From Podarcis cretensis (taxonomy: Eukaryota): a DNA stretch of 64,000 nucleotides. Within the stretch, counting starts at the first letter, position 1. The number at the start of each line of letters is the position of its first letter. The notes beneath the pieces were generated by a model. The model was not told the origin of the DNA. It saw only the letters and a program-made list of their open reading frames with translations, and made no database searches. Made by a program: the position numbers and the translations under genes. Below, piece by piece: positions 63,328-64,000 of the stretch. The stretch lies in NCBI GenBank assembly GCA_951804945.1, contig OX638151.1, positions 28,954,001 through 29,018,000 on the forward strand. The letters are read 5' to 3'.

Positions 63328-64000
63328 GCCTATACAATTATTCAGCACCAGTCAACAGAGTTAGCTCTGTAATATATAAATACTAATACTCCCTTTCTTA
63401 CCAGACTAAGTCATACGCCTGCTAATTTGAAAAAAGTCTCCAGTTTTTCTCATTCTTAATATGAAGAAATGGCTTCTGGAAAACAATTGTTTCTTTTTTC
63501 CTTCTGACAGGGGAGCTGCTAGTGGAAATAGTTTTACGTAGCTAATAGAAAATATGCAAAAAGCTACTAAATTTCTGTGCTACTAATAAAAACAATTAAA
63601 TGTAACTTAAAAATAGCCCAATGAAAACCTGATAGCAAGAAATGATCAAGATGTACATCATCTTGTAAAACTGGAAAATTATTATGCAACAGTTAATACC
63701 AAAATATTGATCCCTTGTTACACAGTTGATACAACATCCCCAAATAGAGACTCTGTATCCCTTGCTAGTCTGAATGTAACCTAGGACTGCACCAATATAC
63801 TTTGGCACCTGAGGCAGATAATGCAAATAGTAGCTTCCCCATGGTAAACAATATTCCAAAATTCAGTTTCCCCCTACCTTTTATAACAACCAAATCTGCT
63901 GTCTGCACAGCAGCCTCAGTCTGTCAGCAGGGGCAGCCCTGATGTAGCTACATGTCAAAGATACTATTGTCTTGTCTTAACGTCTCTCTTTCTTTCAATA

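Overview
Vertebrate genomic DNA, almost certainly from a squamate reptile. The Sauria/Squam SINEs, BovB and the L2-tail types point to a lacertid lizard (inference from repeat content). The window covers the 5' part of ESRRG (estrogen-related receptor gamma) on the minus strand. The 416-bp coding exon 10099-10514 encodes AF-1 and the first zinc finger, with clean AG/GT boundaries. The first coding exon is almost entirely hidden in the 269-N gap (53093-53361); only its last 7 nt (..E-E-[GA]) and GT donor are visible. A GC-rich CCAAT/GC-box promoter lies right after the gap. Everything else is intron or upstream sequence carrying retroposons (Sauria SINE, Squam2/Squam3-like SINEs, BovB, CR1, L2, a probable DIRS relic), TA-targeting Tc1/mariner MITEs, hAT MITEs and microsatellites. 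I found no new protein-coding system. The most interesting observations are: two apparent template-switch chimeras made by the BovB machinery (a SINE dimer inside one TSD, and a CR1-BovB fusion at one site); a candidate internal promoter with a perfect TCTCGCGAGA palindrome and a RORE; perfect ERR response elements, one spanning the gene's own splice donor; several candidate alternative exons; and a CTCF-like motif at the head of the young SINE subfamily. Family names and human comparisons are from memory, not from searches.
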